DNA of 64,000 bases, taken from the NCBI RefSeq assembly GCF_009914755.1, contig NC_060938.1; one strand, written 5' to 3'. The stretch comes from the human T2T-CHM13v2.0 reference genome, Homo sapiens. Below the pieces are notes generated by a model, which did not search any database, was not told where the DNA came from, and saw only the letters and a list, made by a program, of their open reading frames with translations. The position numbers were made by a program, and so were the translations under genes. This document shows, piece after piece, positions 1 through 16,194 of this stretch. Position 1 is the first letter of the stretch. The number at the start of each line of letters is the position of its first letter.

Positions 1-400
1 TTCTTTTCCTGAGAGTGTTAATACTTCAGTCATTTAAGCTTCCTAATTTGATACTTTTTGGTTAAGAAGGAAACCTTAAATGAGGAAAGGAAATGCTGAG
101 AGGAAATTACTTGAACAGAATTTAATAGTTTTGTGATGTGAAGCTGTGATCACATTTTTTTCACAGTATGAGTCAGTCATATAAATGTTTGGTTTACTTA
201 GTTTCTTAATTTGATTTGAAACTAAACGAAGCAAAACTTGTCAGCAAAATGTAATTTTTCCTGAGTTACACTACACTGATTTCATTATAATATAACATTC
301 ATATTTGTAAATGAAACTGGTTTAAATGGCTTTTGGTCAGCATAAAACTGATTTTTAAAAGTATGTTTTTAAATGAATTTGTGGTCCATGCTATAATTTC

Positions 401-406
401 AATAAA
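401..406 (+). terminator. Candidate poly(A) signal ending an AU-rich 3'UTR-like stretch (1-420)
   Basis: AATAAA at 401-406 after about 400 bp of repeat-free AT-rich sequence with upstream TGTA motifs; weak downstream GU element; gene not recognised. Confidence 0.2.
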
Positions 407-1860
407 CCTGCCTCCTACATGGGGATTTGAAGATCACGGTTATAGTTACTATTAGTGTCAACACAATGTAAGTAGAGTTCATTATGAAACTCACTGGGGA
501 ATTCTAAAGTGATTACATTCTCTTTGTAATCCACAAAAAGGAACTCTTCAAAAGATAACAATTCAGTGAGATGAAATGGGAATCATCTGGTTCACTTGTA
601 AATCATATCCTCATTTTTTCTGCTATGTCATTGCTGTTCTATCCTATTAACACCAGAGAATGAAATTCAAGAAGGTTGGTTTTTATTTTGCATCCTTATA
701 AAAATGGAGAGCGGATTGAGCATCAGCTATTAGGGTAGCTTCCTACCTAGTCTCTGGCAGAGGCCTCCATCAAACCCACAGAAACTCCAAACCACCTTTT
801 TTAATGCAATCAAGTATGTTCCCTAGTGGTTTCATGTTATAAGCAATTACTCAGTACTAATTTTTTTCTTTTAAATTTTACACCAATCTTGTTTTCATTT
901 TTCTATTCCCCACATATTATTCTCAAGTAGTCAGAATGAGCAGTAACCAACTTGACACCTGGAATGCTCCCATGACCAAGCATTGTTTTAAGCTACTACA
1001 TTTGTGGTAACTTGTTAGAGATGCAATAAAAAACCAATACAGGAGTATTGTAAGAAAGCATAATTACAGGGCCTACTATAGTGCCTGATACAGATTAAGC
1101 CCTGAATAAGTCTTAGTTTCCTCCCATAACTTATCTAGGAAACTCCAATTCATTTACTCACCAAAAGCTTAATACTACTACTACTACTAATAATAGCATA
1201 TTCTAGGCACTGAACGCAATTCTAGAAACTCACGGAGTTTACCTCTTAATCAAAGAAGCAAAATCACTTTACATACTTGAGGTAATTGTTCACACTCTAT
1301 ACAGATCAGGCTCAAGGAGGCGTTTGTTTTTCTCATCTATCACACCACAGGCTCCCACACACTCACACTCACACATGTCAACAAGACCTACCGACAGCTG
1401 CTCATTTCCTAATCTTTGACCTGCTTGCTTTGGGTGAGTTGGTTTCTGTGGCATTTTAAATGGAGAGACTTAGTTATGTTTTGCTTTGCATTCAGGGAGC
1501 AGATGAAAGCTAAATGCTACTGATAGATTTGGTCTTCGTGTGCCTATCTCTGCCCACACAACCACAAAAATTCCAAAGGTCAAGACAAAAATACCCCTAT
1601 GACCTCTAATGGCCACAAAGCACAGAAGTTCAAATCACTCTCTTTAAAGGGTTAGACAGGAGCCAGGGAAGCCCGGAAGTGAGGATGGGGGTGGAGTAAA
1701 AATGAAATTGCTGCCATTCGCCTTAAAGGTTTCATAGTTGGAAACACTGAATCAAACATCTATTTTGGTAAGTTCAAACTTACAACCTTGAGTGCAGGTG
1801 AGCCAGGGCATAAACTCAAGCTGTTTTTCCAAAAGAACTGTAGAACTTGCTAGGCAAGAG

Positions 1861-1866
1861 TTTATT
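1861..1866 (-). terminator. Candidate poly(A) signal for the minus-strand exon unit
   Basis: tttatt on + (AATAAA on -) about 65 nt past the stop at 1930, followed on - by a U/GU-rich stretch (gttcttttgg). Confidence 0.25.
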
Positions 1867-1929
1867 TAAACAGCCAAGCATCCTGCCTTTGCCTTCTCCT
1901 GCTCCACCTTTCCTAGAACGCTTCCTAAT

Positions 1930-3740
1930 TTATCCAACGAACTCAGACCCATCACAGAAGAGAAACAGTTCTCTGACTAGTCCTTGGGACAAAATGCTTC
2001 CGGATGCAAGGGACTTAGAAAGTCCTTCATTATCCTGCCAGCGCTGGGTTCTGCAGGGTCTTCCACCCCAGACCAATTCCTCCCGGTAGGACTCAGGTAG
2101 TTCTGCTTCTGTAGTCACCATTAAAGTCCCCTTTCCAGAGTTAAGAATCCTACCCAGACATGAACAGCTGGGGGTCAGTAACCACTGAGGAGTGCTCAGC
2201 AGAACACATTCTCACCTTGTGATCTTTGTAGTTTGACTCTGCTTCCAGTTGTCTCCTTCTGCTATATTTGGGTCCCTGTGACTAAAAGGAGGACCTACTG
2301 GAGAGGAGCAGACTTTTATTAGAGCAGGGATCCTGGTCAGATAGGTTAGGGTCTCAGCGGGGGTTCTGCCAGCCTCATAAACTGATGTTCACTCTGTGAT
2401 TGCAGCATTCCACTGTCCAGGGAAATCAAGCCTTGCTGTCAGAGAAGGATCTAGCTGCTCCCCTCCGGAGTGATTCTGGAGGTCTTTTGGTTTGCTGGAG
2501 CTCTCCTTTCTGCTTCCCTTTCTTCTCTGTGTGTAAATGTCTGTGTGATTTTTTTTAATGTTTTTATTGATGTTGAGACGTTGGTACAAAAACAATACTA
2601 ACAGTGTACGATTTGGTCTCCTGGTTTCCCACATCTCCCCATCCCCTCTAGCAGCTGGTATAGCTGGAGGACTGTTTATTCCATGGCTTATTTCCCCTTT
2701 ATCTTTGATGTCCCAGGATGTCAAAGGTTGTAAATTTAATATTGATTTTATAAAGTAGTTTTACTCTAACATGTCAGTTATGATTAACTTCAACCTGGAA
2801 GAAGCTCAGCCACCGATCTGGATTCGCACGCAATGTGGCTCCCCAGCTCTCAGACTCTCTGAGTGAATGTTTTATTTATTAGAGTATGTAGCAGGTTTGT
2901 AAAGGCCAGAACAGCCCTAAGCCCCCAGAACCTGGGCCCTTACATTAAGCTTGAAAACCTAAGTAGATCAGAGAGACATATCATTTGCTGGCATGTCAAC
3001 AGACAGAAGAGTTTATAGATCACATTATACCCCAGTGCATATAACCAGAGAGAGAGGAATGAGAAGTCTTAGTTGAATTTCAACCCCTCCCTCCCTTTCT
3101 CCAGGCCTCTAGTGCTCTTATGTTCCACCATCAGGATGGGGGTTATTGCTATAATAACAGCGATAAAAGCTGACATTTATGGAAACTTTTCAGCGTGTTG
3201 GCCCCTTAAAAAGCGTCAAGCCCAGTGCTAAGAATTTTCTACGTGCCATCTCATTTAATACTTACATCAATCCTATGTAAAGAGTATTTATGATTACCAT
3301 TATCATTATTTATTATTATTATTACTCCCATTCTACAGATGAAGGAACTAAGAAATCACACTGCTGCAACTTTTGAAGTTAGAATTCAATTCCAGGCATT
3401 CTGATCCCCAACACCCTACATTCTAGTCCCTAATGCCGTAATGCATTACATATCAGAAAGCTGGAAAGTGACATTTTTGCACCAATCATGCTGAGATGAC
3501 ATCTTTGGCTAAATTCATATTTTCTGCTCTTTTGATGCAAACTGATCTTCAAGCAAAATAGTAGAATTCATCCCCAAATTCCAATTCATCCCCAATTTCT
3601 CTGTTAAGCGAAGGCAAGTGGTGTTTTTTATCCTCGTTACTGAACCTCTCTCCCTCCTCCTACTTTGGAACAATTTCTCCCTGGATGATGAAGCGCAGGA
3701 TGTTCACCACTTTGTAGCGGGAAGCTCTTCCTGAAGCCAT
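1930..3740 (-). CDS. Candidate spliced micro-ORF, exons 3740-3664, 2275-2216, 2149-1930 (118 aa, unknown product)
   Basis: GT-AG boundaries, compatible phases (2,2), open frame MASGRASRYKVVNILRFIIQGEIVPK-DPNIAEGDNWKQSQTTKITR-ILNSGKGTLMVTTEAE...FVG*; no recognised homology; second intron only 66 nt. Confidence 0.2.
3150..3415 (-). mobile_element. MIR SINE
   Basis: Core 'cccattctacagatgaaggaactaag' and 'catttaatacttacatcaatcctatg' match reverse MIR. Confidence 0.75.
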
Positions 3741-3840
3741 GTGGCTGTGTTCCTGCTCGCCAGCTGCTCACTGCAGGTGCCGCGAAGGGGCCACACGGCC
3801 GCTCAGGTTAAAGATATGGATCACAGCCTTCTTATCTTGG
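3690..3840 (-). promoter_or_regulatory. Small CpG-rich non-repeat patch, possible promoter or first exon
   Basis: 7 CpGs in about 110 bp against a CpG-poor background; E-boxes CAGCTG and CAGGTG; GATA site cttatct near 3831. Confidence 0.3.
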
Positions 3841-4076
3841 GAATCTCAGCTTACAACATTTTAGCATTGCAGAGGCCAATACAACAGGGAGCAGAGGTGT
3901 ACTTGGGTGCTTTATCACCCAAGTTCAATATACTGCTGGAGCTTATGCATGGCCTAGGTCCTCCACTTCTTCCTCCAGGCTGAGACAGACCAGGCAAAGA
4001 GTCTGTCTGGGACTGCTTTACCTGATATTTTCCTTCTTTCTCTTCCTGTATCTTAACAATAGGGGAAAGGATAGAT

Positions 4077-4515
4077 TGAGGTAGAATGAAGATGGTGCCA
4101 AATTCTTTGACACACCTCCCATCAAGAGGTCGAATCTCTGTTTCATCCCCTTGAATCTGGGTGGGCTCTGTAACTCCTCTGTCCCACAGAATACCGTGGA
4201 AGGAATGCCGACTCCACTTCCACTTCCACTTACATGCCACAAATAAAAAGCCCAACTATCCTGATGGAGAAACCATAGACAAGGCCCTGAGATTACATGG
4301 CAAGGGACAAAGGCCCAGCTGAGCCTGCCAAGGCATCACACATGTGAGTAAAGCTGTCCTGAACCCTCCAGGCCAGACCAGACACCAGCCAAATGCCACC
4401 AAGTTATGCCAGTTAAAGCACAGGGAGCAGAATTGCCTGAATTCCTGACCCACGGAACTGTGAGATGTAATAAAATGGTAGCTGTTTTGTGGTAGTGGGC
4501 AACATAGCACTAGAA
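4077..4515 (+). mobile_element. MLT1 (G/H-like) MaLR solo LTR
   Basis: 'aaattctttgacacacctcccatcaagagg', 'ccccttgaatctgggtgggct', 'aattcctgacccac...tgtgagatgtaataaaatgg'. Confidence 0.75.
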
Positions 4516-5524
4516 GAGAGATAGAGGTGCATAGGTGCCTGGCATAGATCACTTCAGCTTTGAAGGCCCCTGGACTTGCAGTTGGCATTCACAGGTGGAA
4601 TGCTGCTCTACCTAGCCCAACTTGATGCATTCAAGCATAGAGAAGAGCGTGGTGCCTTCTCCAAATAACTCTTAATTTGTGACTTGAGACCATTTCTGCG
4701 AGACAATCACTTGTGTACTGTCCTGGGGAGCAAGTCTTCCCAAGTGATTACACATTGTTAATGAAAGATTCATCCTTTAGCACATTCGCGTCTCATAATT
4801 CATGGGCCAGTTGGAACCCAAGCCTAAGCCAAACACACTGAGCCCATGCTTTATTTTTCCCATTAATTTCCTCAGCTACCACATTATTTTCAACAGCCAG
4901 AAGGTAACTCTCTTCACTTCAGAAGAAACACATAGAAAGCCCTGCTCCCAAGTGGATAAGGAAACACATTATTTGTTGTAAGGCTTAACAGTTATGGTGA
5001 AAGACATAAAGGTAGGCTCTTTAGTTAACAGTTTTCAAAAATAATTTCATTCTTCTATTTAATGACGTGCTTTCATGTACACTCTCGTTTAAATGACTGA
5101 GAAAAGGCAGTATATTTTGGAAACATAATGCAAAGTCTTTGAATATTCACAGTTTGTCAACCCATAATATATTTTCATGGAAATGAAATGATTTAAAAAC
5201 AACCCAAGAAAAAGAAATAACGGAGACTTGAGCCCATTGATTTGACAGAAGATGCTGAGGCTTTGGAGGTTTGGGGTTTGATTGCCAGACTTGCCATGTA
5301 TCGAAGGTGTGATTTGGCACAAGTGACTTCAGCACATCTCTGAGCCTTACTTTCCTCCTATGAAAAATACCTACCCTATGTGATTGCACACAGGCAAGTC
5401 CTCATCTCTGGCTCTGCTGTAGTAGGAAACCAAGCTAAAACACTACCTACAGGGAAATATTAAGTTGGCAGGATTTTATTATTGGAGGAATATATAAAAT
5501 TGACCATACACTGAAATATGCGAC

Positions 5525-5886
5525 TGTATTAGTCCCTTTTCACACTGTTGATAAAGACATATCTGAGACTGGGTAATTTATAAAGAAAAACAGCTTTAAT
5601 GGACTCACGGTTCCACGTGGCTGGGGAGGCCTCACAATCATGGTGGCAGGTAAAAGGCACATCTTACATGGTGGCAGGCAAGAGAGAATGAGAGCCAAGT
5701 GAAAGGGGAGGCCCCTTATAAAACCATGAGACCTCCTGAGTCTTATTCACTACCACGAGAACAGTATGGGGAAAACTACCCCCATGATTCAGTTGTCTCC
5801 CACTGGGTCCCTCCCACAGGACATAGGAATTATGGGAGCTACAACTCAAGATGAGATTTGGCTGGGGACACAGCCAAACCATATCA
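5525..5886 (-). mobile_element. THE1 (C/D-like) solo LTR
   Basis: tgtattagtc...cagccaaaccatatca termini; 5-bp TSD gcgac/gcaac (CpG decay). Confidence 0.92.
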
Positions 5887-5909
5887 GCAACCATTAAGAA
5901 GGGTGAGAG

Positions 5910-6670
<761 letters not shown>

Positions 6671-6697
6671 AACAAATATATAGACAAAAACTGAAGA

Positions 6698-7245
<548 letters not shown>

Positions 7246-7404
7246 TTCTTTTTAATTGATTGTTAAAAGGGGAAAACTGAAGGGCTTAAATGCTACAACC
7301 TTTAGTTTGTCAGGGAGAGAAGATATGCCTCACTGTAGTCATGGCCTGTATGAGCATCTGTACATAGCTATTCTACTCTGGCAGGTAAGGCAGCTTCTAT
7401 TTCC

Positions 7405-7558
7405 AGAAAGAAAGAAGAGGAAGAAAAAAAGAAGAGAGAAGGAAGAAAGGGGGGTAGACAGAGTTGGAGGAAGAGGGGGAAGAAGGCAAACAGAAAGGGT
7501 GCAGGGGGAAGAGAGGAGGAGGAAGAGTTGGAGGAAGTAGAAAAAGAAAAGAATAAAA
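7405..7558 (+). repeat. GA-rich polypurine low-complexity tract
   Basis: About 150 bp almost entirely A/G. Confidence 0.85.
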
Positions 7559-7749
7559 CGCTTCAAAGATTCCACTTGGATGCTGGTGAGATAGGGTAGG
7601 TCTGACAAACTCCCCCATCCCCCAAGGTGTCCTACCTGGCCTGAAGAATTCACTTCCCAGCTTTCTGGTCACCCCAGTTCTTCATGAGGCATGCAAGTTC
7701 ATGTTAGTGATTTTATTTTTCTTAATTGAAATGTAACTGATCATATAGT

Positions 7750-8045
7750 ACATTTTGCTGACATTCATGTCACATTTCCTGGATACCAGATTAAAAAATA
7801 CTTCTAATTAGTTATAAATGTGAATGTATACACAACAATTCTGAAACGGTTTCTTCATCAAAGTTTGCTTCCAAGTATGATACATGTGACTTTAGTGCCA
7901 ATTCTTATTAACTGTGCACTGCAGTGTGCCGACACCCATGACACATTTCCCCAAATCCAATCACAAAAATATTTCTAATTAGCCATAAATGAGAATGTAC
8001 ACAAAACATTTCCAATAGCCACTCTGTTCCTATCAAAGTTCACAT
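7750..8045. repeat. Diverged two-copy local duplication, period about 171-175 bp
   Basis: 'catgtcacatttcc...aaaaatacttctaattagttataaatgtgaatgtatacacaaca' vs 'catgacacatttcc...aaaaatatttctaattagccataaatgagaatgtacacaaaaca'; both end near atcaaagtt. Confidence 0.8.
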
Positions 8046-9370
8046 CAGAGAAAACTTAAACTGTTGCCGCTGAGAGCCTTGCTCCGATTTCAACAACTCC
8101 TGTTTCAGAAATGCTTAGAAAATTGACTCTTTAGATCTTGCTAGGTAACAGATCTGAGGCAGATTCATTTCAACCCAAGTCCTTTATTTGATATACATGT
8201 GCTCCTGAACCCACCTAAAATGCATACCATAGCCCTTCAAAGGCAGTGATAAAATTACTTGGTTAAATATTTTGGCTGGATTTCCTGTTTTCAGAGGCCT
8301 GGGCTTTGCAATCTGCAACTTCTGCATCTGCACGTGGCCACTGGGGCAGTATTAAATGGCACTACAACTGCCAACCTCCAAAAGAACCAGGCCTCACAGG
8401 GAAGGCTCCAGGCACCCATCCACCACTATGAGCCACACTGAACGATGACTCTAGGCCTCAGTAACTGCCTTCAAATCCTTGGACCTTTAGCTTTCTATAG
8501 CAACGCCTGGCTTTAAGCCTCTTAAGATGATCACAAATCATAAAGCACCCTCCTCAGTTCAAAGTGTCAAGTTTATAAAATCACATTAGTTATAATTCAG
8601 ATATTCTCCATCCTCAAGGCTGTGAAGCATTCTGATCTGCTCTTAGATTTCTGTATAATCTTTCCTTCGTTTTATAACAGGCTTTGTCTTCTGTTGCTCT
8701 GTGCAAATAGCACCCCTTGACAAGTCATAAGGCCGTGATATGTGCACGGTACATCGCAGTGAAAGAGCAGCTTTATGCGAGGGGAGGAGAAACGGTTCTG
8801 TGCAACTTTGCTTACTTTCACTACCTTTAAAAACTCATTAAATAGGATTCTGCCTTTTACTTGCTGAAGTGTTTAAAATCCATTTTAATGAAAAATTCTA
8901 ATCCTATATAATCACACCATAAGTACTTTCTTTCTGTTCAAAGAGGAAACAGTGTTAAATTTTAATGCATACCTCTGGCAGGCTATAATAAAAGTGTTCA
9001 GTCAGTTTTAAATCCGATTAGTGTAACTGTTACAGATTAGAAAAAAAATCCCAAGTGATTGGAGCAAGTCCCTAACTCAAGAAAACTAACTTAGGGGGCT
9101 TTCATGTCAGACTCAAAGAGAACATCAAGACCCCAGAATTTGTTCAGAAGCTAATAAAAACAAGGACTTGTGCCAGGGATTGCAGGGATGTAAAGGCAAG
9201 CTTGCAAATAGGAAGCAGATAGGACAGAATGCAACCCGGAACAAAGTGGACTTACAGCCGGAGAGAGAAAAGTGGGAAATCCTGCAGGAATTCTGAAAGG
9301 ACAAAATGACATCCCAGGGAGAGAAGCACTGAGAATTTTTAGAGAATGTAGCTTCTAAAAGAAGCCTTGA

Positions 9371-10275
9371 GGGGGAGGAGCCAAGATGGCCGAATAGGAA
9401 CAGCTCCGGTCTACAGCTCCCAGCGTGACCGACGCAGAAGACGGTGATTTCTGCATTTCCATCTGAGGTACCGGGTTCATCTCACTAGGGAGCGCCAGAC
9501 AGTGGGCGCAGGCCAGTGGGTGCGCGCACGGTGAGCGAGCCAAAGCAGGGCGAGGCATTGCCTCACCTGGGAAGCGCAAGGGGTCAGGGAGTTCCCTTTC
9601 CGAGTCAAAGAAAGGGGTGACGGACGCACCTGGAAAATCGGGTCACTCCCACCCGAACATTGCGCTTTTCAGACCGGCTTAAAAAACGGCGCACCACGAG
9701 ACTATATCCCACACCTGGCTCAGAGGGTCCTACGCCCACGGAATCTCGCTGATTGCTAGCACAGCAGTCTGTGATCAAACTGCAAGGCGGCAGCGAGGCT
9801 GGGGGAGGGGCGCCCGCCATTGCCCAGGCTTGCTTAGGTAAACAAAGCAGCCAGGAAGCTCGAACTGGGTGGAGCCCACCACAGCTCAAGGAGGCCTGCC
9901 TGCCTCTGTAGGCTCCACCTCTGGGGGCAGGGCACAGACAAACAAAAAGACAGCAGTAACCTCTGCAGACTTAAATGTCCCTGTCTGATAGCTTTGAAGG
10001 GAGCAGTGGTTCTCCCAGCACGCAGCTGGAGATCTGAGAACCGGCAGACTGCCTCTTCAAGTGGGTCCCTGACCCCTGACCCCTGAGCAGCCTAACTGGG
10101 AGGCACCCCCCAGCAGGGGCACACTGACACCTCACACGGCAGGGTATTCCAACAGACCTGCAGCTGAGGGTCCTGTCTGTTAGAAGGAAAGCTAACAAAC
10201 AGAAAGGACATCCACACCAAAAACCCATCTGTACATCACCATCATCAAAGACCAAAAGTAGATAAAACCACAAAG
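9371..10275 (+). promoter_or_regulatory. L1 5'UTR: CpG-rich sense promoter (YY1 site caagatggc 9382-9390) and antisense promoter
   Basis: Canonical primate L1 5'UTR sequence; sense and antisense promoter activity is established for this family. Confidence 0.88.
9605..9820 (-). CDS. ORF0: LINE-1 ORF0 (71 aa), intact
   Basis: MAGAPPPASLPPCSLITDCCASNQRDSVGVGPSEPGVGYSLVVRRFLSRSEKRNVRVGVTRFSRCVRHPFL; ATG at 9820-9818. Confidence 0.9.
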   Translation of the reverse strand: MAGAPPPASLPPCSLITDCCASNQRDSVGVGPSEPGVGYSLVVRRFLSRSEKRNVRVGVTRFSRCVRHPFL

Positions 10276-11292
10276 ATGGGGAAAAAACAGAACAGAAAAA
10301 CTGGAAGCTCTAAAAATCAGAGCACCTCTCCTCCTCCAAAGGAACGCAGCTCCTCACCAGCAACAGAACAAAGCTGGATGGAGAATGACTTTGACGAGCT
10401 GAGAGAAGAAGGCTTCAGACGATCAAATTACTCTGAGCTATGGGAGGACATTCAAGCCAAAGGCAAAGAAGTTGAAAACTTTGAAAAAAATTTAGAAGAA
10501 TGTATAACTAGAATAACCAATACAGAGAAGTGCTTAAAGGAGCTGATGGAGCTGAAAACCAAGGCTCGAGAACTACGTGAAGAATGCAGAAGCCTCAGGA
10601 GCCGATGCGATCAACTGGAAGAAAGGGTGTCAGCAATGGAAGATGAAATGAATGAAATGAAGCGAGAAGGGAAGTTTAGAGAAAAAAGAATAAAAAGAAA
10701 TGAGCAAAGCCTCCAAGAAATATGGGACTATGTGAAAAGACCAAATCTACGTCTGATTGGTGTACCTGAAAGTGATGGGGAGAATGGAACCAAGTGGGAA
10801 AACACTCTGCAGGATATTATCCAGGAGAACTTCCCCAATCTAGCAAGGCAGGCCAACGTTCAGATTCAGGAAATACAGAGAACGCCACAAAGATACTCCT
10901 CGAGAAGAGCAACTCCAAGACACATAATTGTCAGATTCACCAAAGTTGAAATGAAGGAAAAAATGTTAAGGGCAGCCAGAGAGAAAGGTCGGGTTACCCT
11001 CAAAGGGAAGCCCATCAGACTAACAGCGGATCTCTCGGCAGAAACCCTACAAGCCAGAAGAGAGTGGGGGCCAATATTCAACATTCTTAAAGAAAAGAAT
11101 TTTCAACCCAGAATTTCATATCCAGCCAAGCTAAGCTTCATAAGTGAAGGAGAAATAAAGTACTTTACAGACAAGCAAATGCTGAGAGATTTTGTCACCA
11201 CCAGACCTGCCCTAAAAGAGCTCCTGAAGGAAGCGCTAAACATGGAAAGGAACAACCAGTACCAGCCGCTGCAAAATCATGCCAAAATGTAA
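10276..11292 (+). CDS. ORF1: LINE-1 ORF1p (338 aa RNA-binding chaperone), intact
   Basis: Full 338 aa; coiled coil, RRM and CTD with REKG, ARR and YPAKLS motifs present. Confidence 0.97.
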   Translation: MGKKQNRKTGSSKNQSTSPPPKERSSSPATEQSWMENDFDELREEGFRRSNYSELWEDIQAKGKEVENFEKNLEECITRITNTEKCLKELMELKTKARELREECRSLRSRCDQLEERVSAMEDEMNEMKREGKFREKRIKRNEQSLQEIWDYVKRPNLRLIGVPESDGENGTKWENTLQDIIQENFPNLARQANVQIQEIQRTPQRYSSRRATPRHIIVRFTKVEMKEKMLRAAREKGRVTLKGKPIRLTADLSAETLQARREWGPIFNILKEKNFQPRISYPAKLSFISEGEIKYFTDKQMLRDFVTTRPALKELLKEALNMERNNQYQPLQNHAKM

Positions 11293-11328
11293 AGACCATC
11301 GAGACTAGGAAGAAACTGCATCAACTAA

Positions 11329-15183
<3,855 letters not shown>

Positions 15184-15569
15184 ACAATGAGATCACCTGG
15201 ACACAGGAAGGGGAATATCACACTCTGGGGACTGTGGTGGGGTGGGGGGAGGGGGGAGGGATAGCATTGGGAGATATACCTAATGCTAGATGACGAGTTA
15301 GTGGGTGCAGCGCACCAGCGTGGCACATGTATACATATGTAACTAACCTGCACAACGTGCACATGTACCCTAAAACTTAAAGTATAATAAAAAAAAAAAA
15401 AAAGAAGCCATGAAGGACAGAGAGAACTCCATAGATGAGGGAATAAAGGCATTTCTGCTGAGGTGGGAAAGGTAGTTTCCATAGAATCAGGGAAAGTTCC
15501 TTTTTTTTTTTTAGAACTTCTCATGGCCCCATGAGAAGGGGAGGGGAATTCCTCTTTGTTGAGTGCTGC

Positions 15570-15730
15570 AATTGTACAGGCACTAGACACATACATGTGT
15601 TTTCTCATTTAATCCCCACAGCATCCCAGCACAGTGGGCATTTTATCCCCATTTTATAGATGGGAAAACTGAAGCTCAGAGAGACTGTAAGACTTGCCTG
15701 AGGTCAAACAGCTAGCCACTGGTGACACTC
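15570..15730 (-). mobile_element. MIR
   Basis: 'ccccattttatagatgggaaaactgaagctcagaga'. Confidence 0.8.
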
Positions 15731-16194
15731 AGAAAAAAAACACAGTTGAGCCCCTCTCAGTGTTTAGTCTCAGGAACTCCTTGAATCACACCTTCCTCTT
15801 AGCCATCATTAAGGCCTAACCTGTTCTGAAAGAGTTTCCTGACCTCCTGAGTCAGAAATGACATTTCTGGTCCCGAATTCACAGCATTCTGATTTTCTAT
15901 TACCCACATGACACCAATTGTGCCCTGCCTTAGGTTGTTATTTCTCATGGAAACGTGCACCTCAGTGCTTCCGAATTGGTAGGGTCAGCCGCGGATGGCA
16001 GGAATGATTTTAAAACCTGAGAAAATGCACATACATGCACTTAAATATTTATATTTATAAAACTGCCCTGTCACTCACTTCACCTCACTTTCTCCCACAG
16101 TCTAATACATATAGAGGGGGTGATAGCTGTCTAAACCCTGAAGGCACCAGCAATGAGCACTTAAACACAGTCCAAAACCACCCCTACTCAGGTG

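Noticed and set aside
3683-3736. Box C (ATGATGA) and box D (CTGA) arrangement suggesting a C/D snoRNA
   Set aside because: Only about 50 nt from C to D, no convincing terminal stem and no recognisable rRNA antisense element.
3851-4588. 134-aa and 110-aa minus-strand ORFs
   Set aside because: Largely antisense readings of an MLT1 LTR.
7256-7672. K/R/E-rich and F/L/S-rich overlapping ORFs
   Set aside because: Artefacts of the GA-rich low-complexity tract.
7750-8045. 171-bp period suggesting alpha satellite
   Set aside because: Only two copies and no resemblance to alphoid consensus or a CENP-B box.
15281-15390. Active L1HS-Ta or pre-Ta assignment
   Set aside because: 3'UTR has GAG rather than ACA/ACG and 'cttaaagt' rather than 'cttagagt'; the TSD has already acquired a mismatch.
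15400-15560. 3' transduction after the L1 poly(A)
   Set aside because: The TSD follows the poly(A) immediately; there is no transduced segment.
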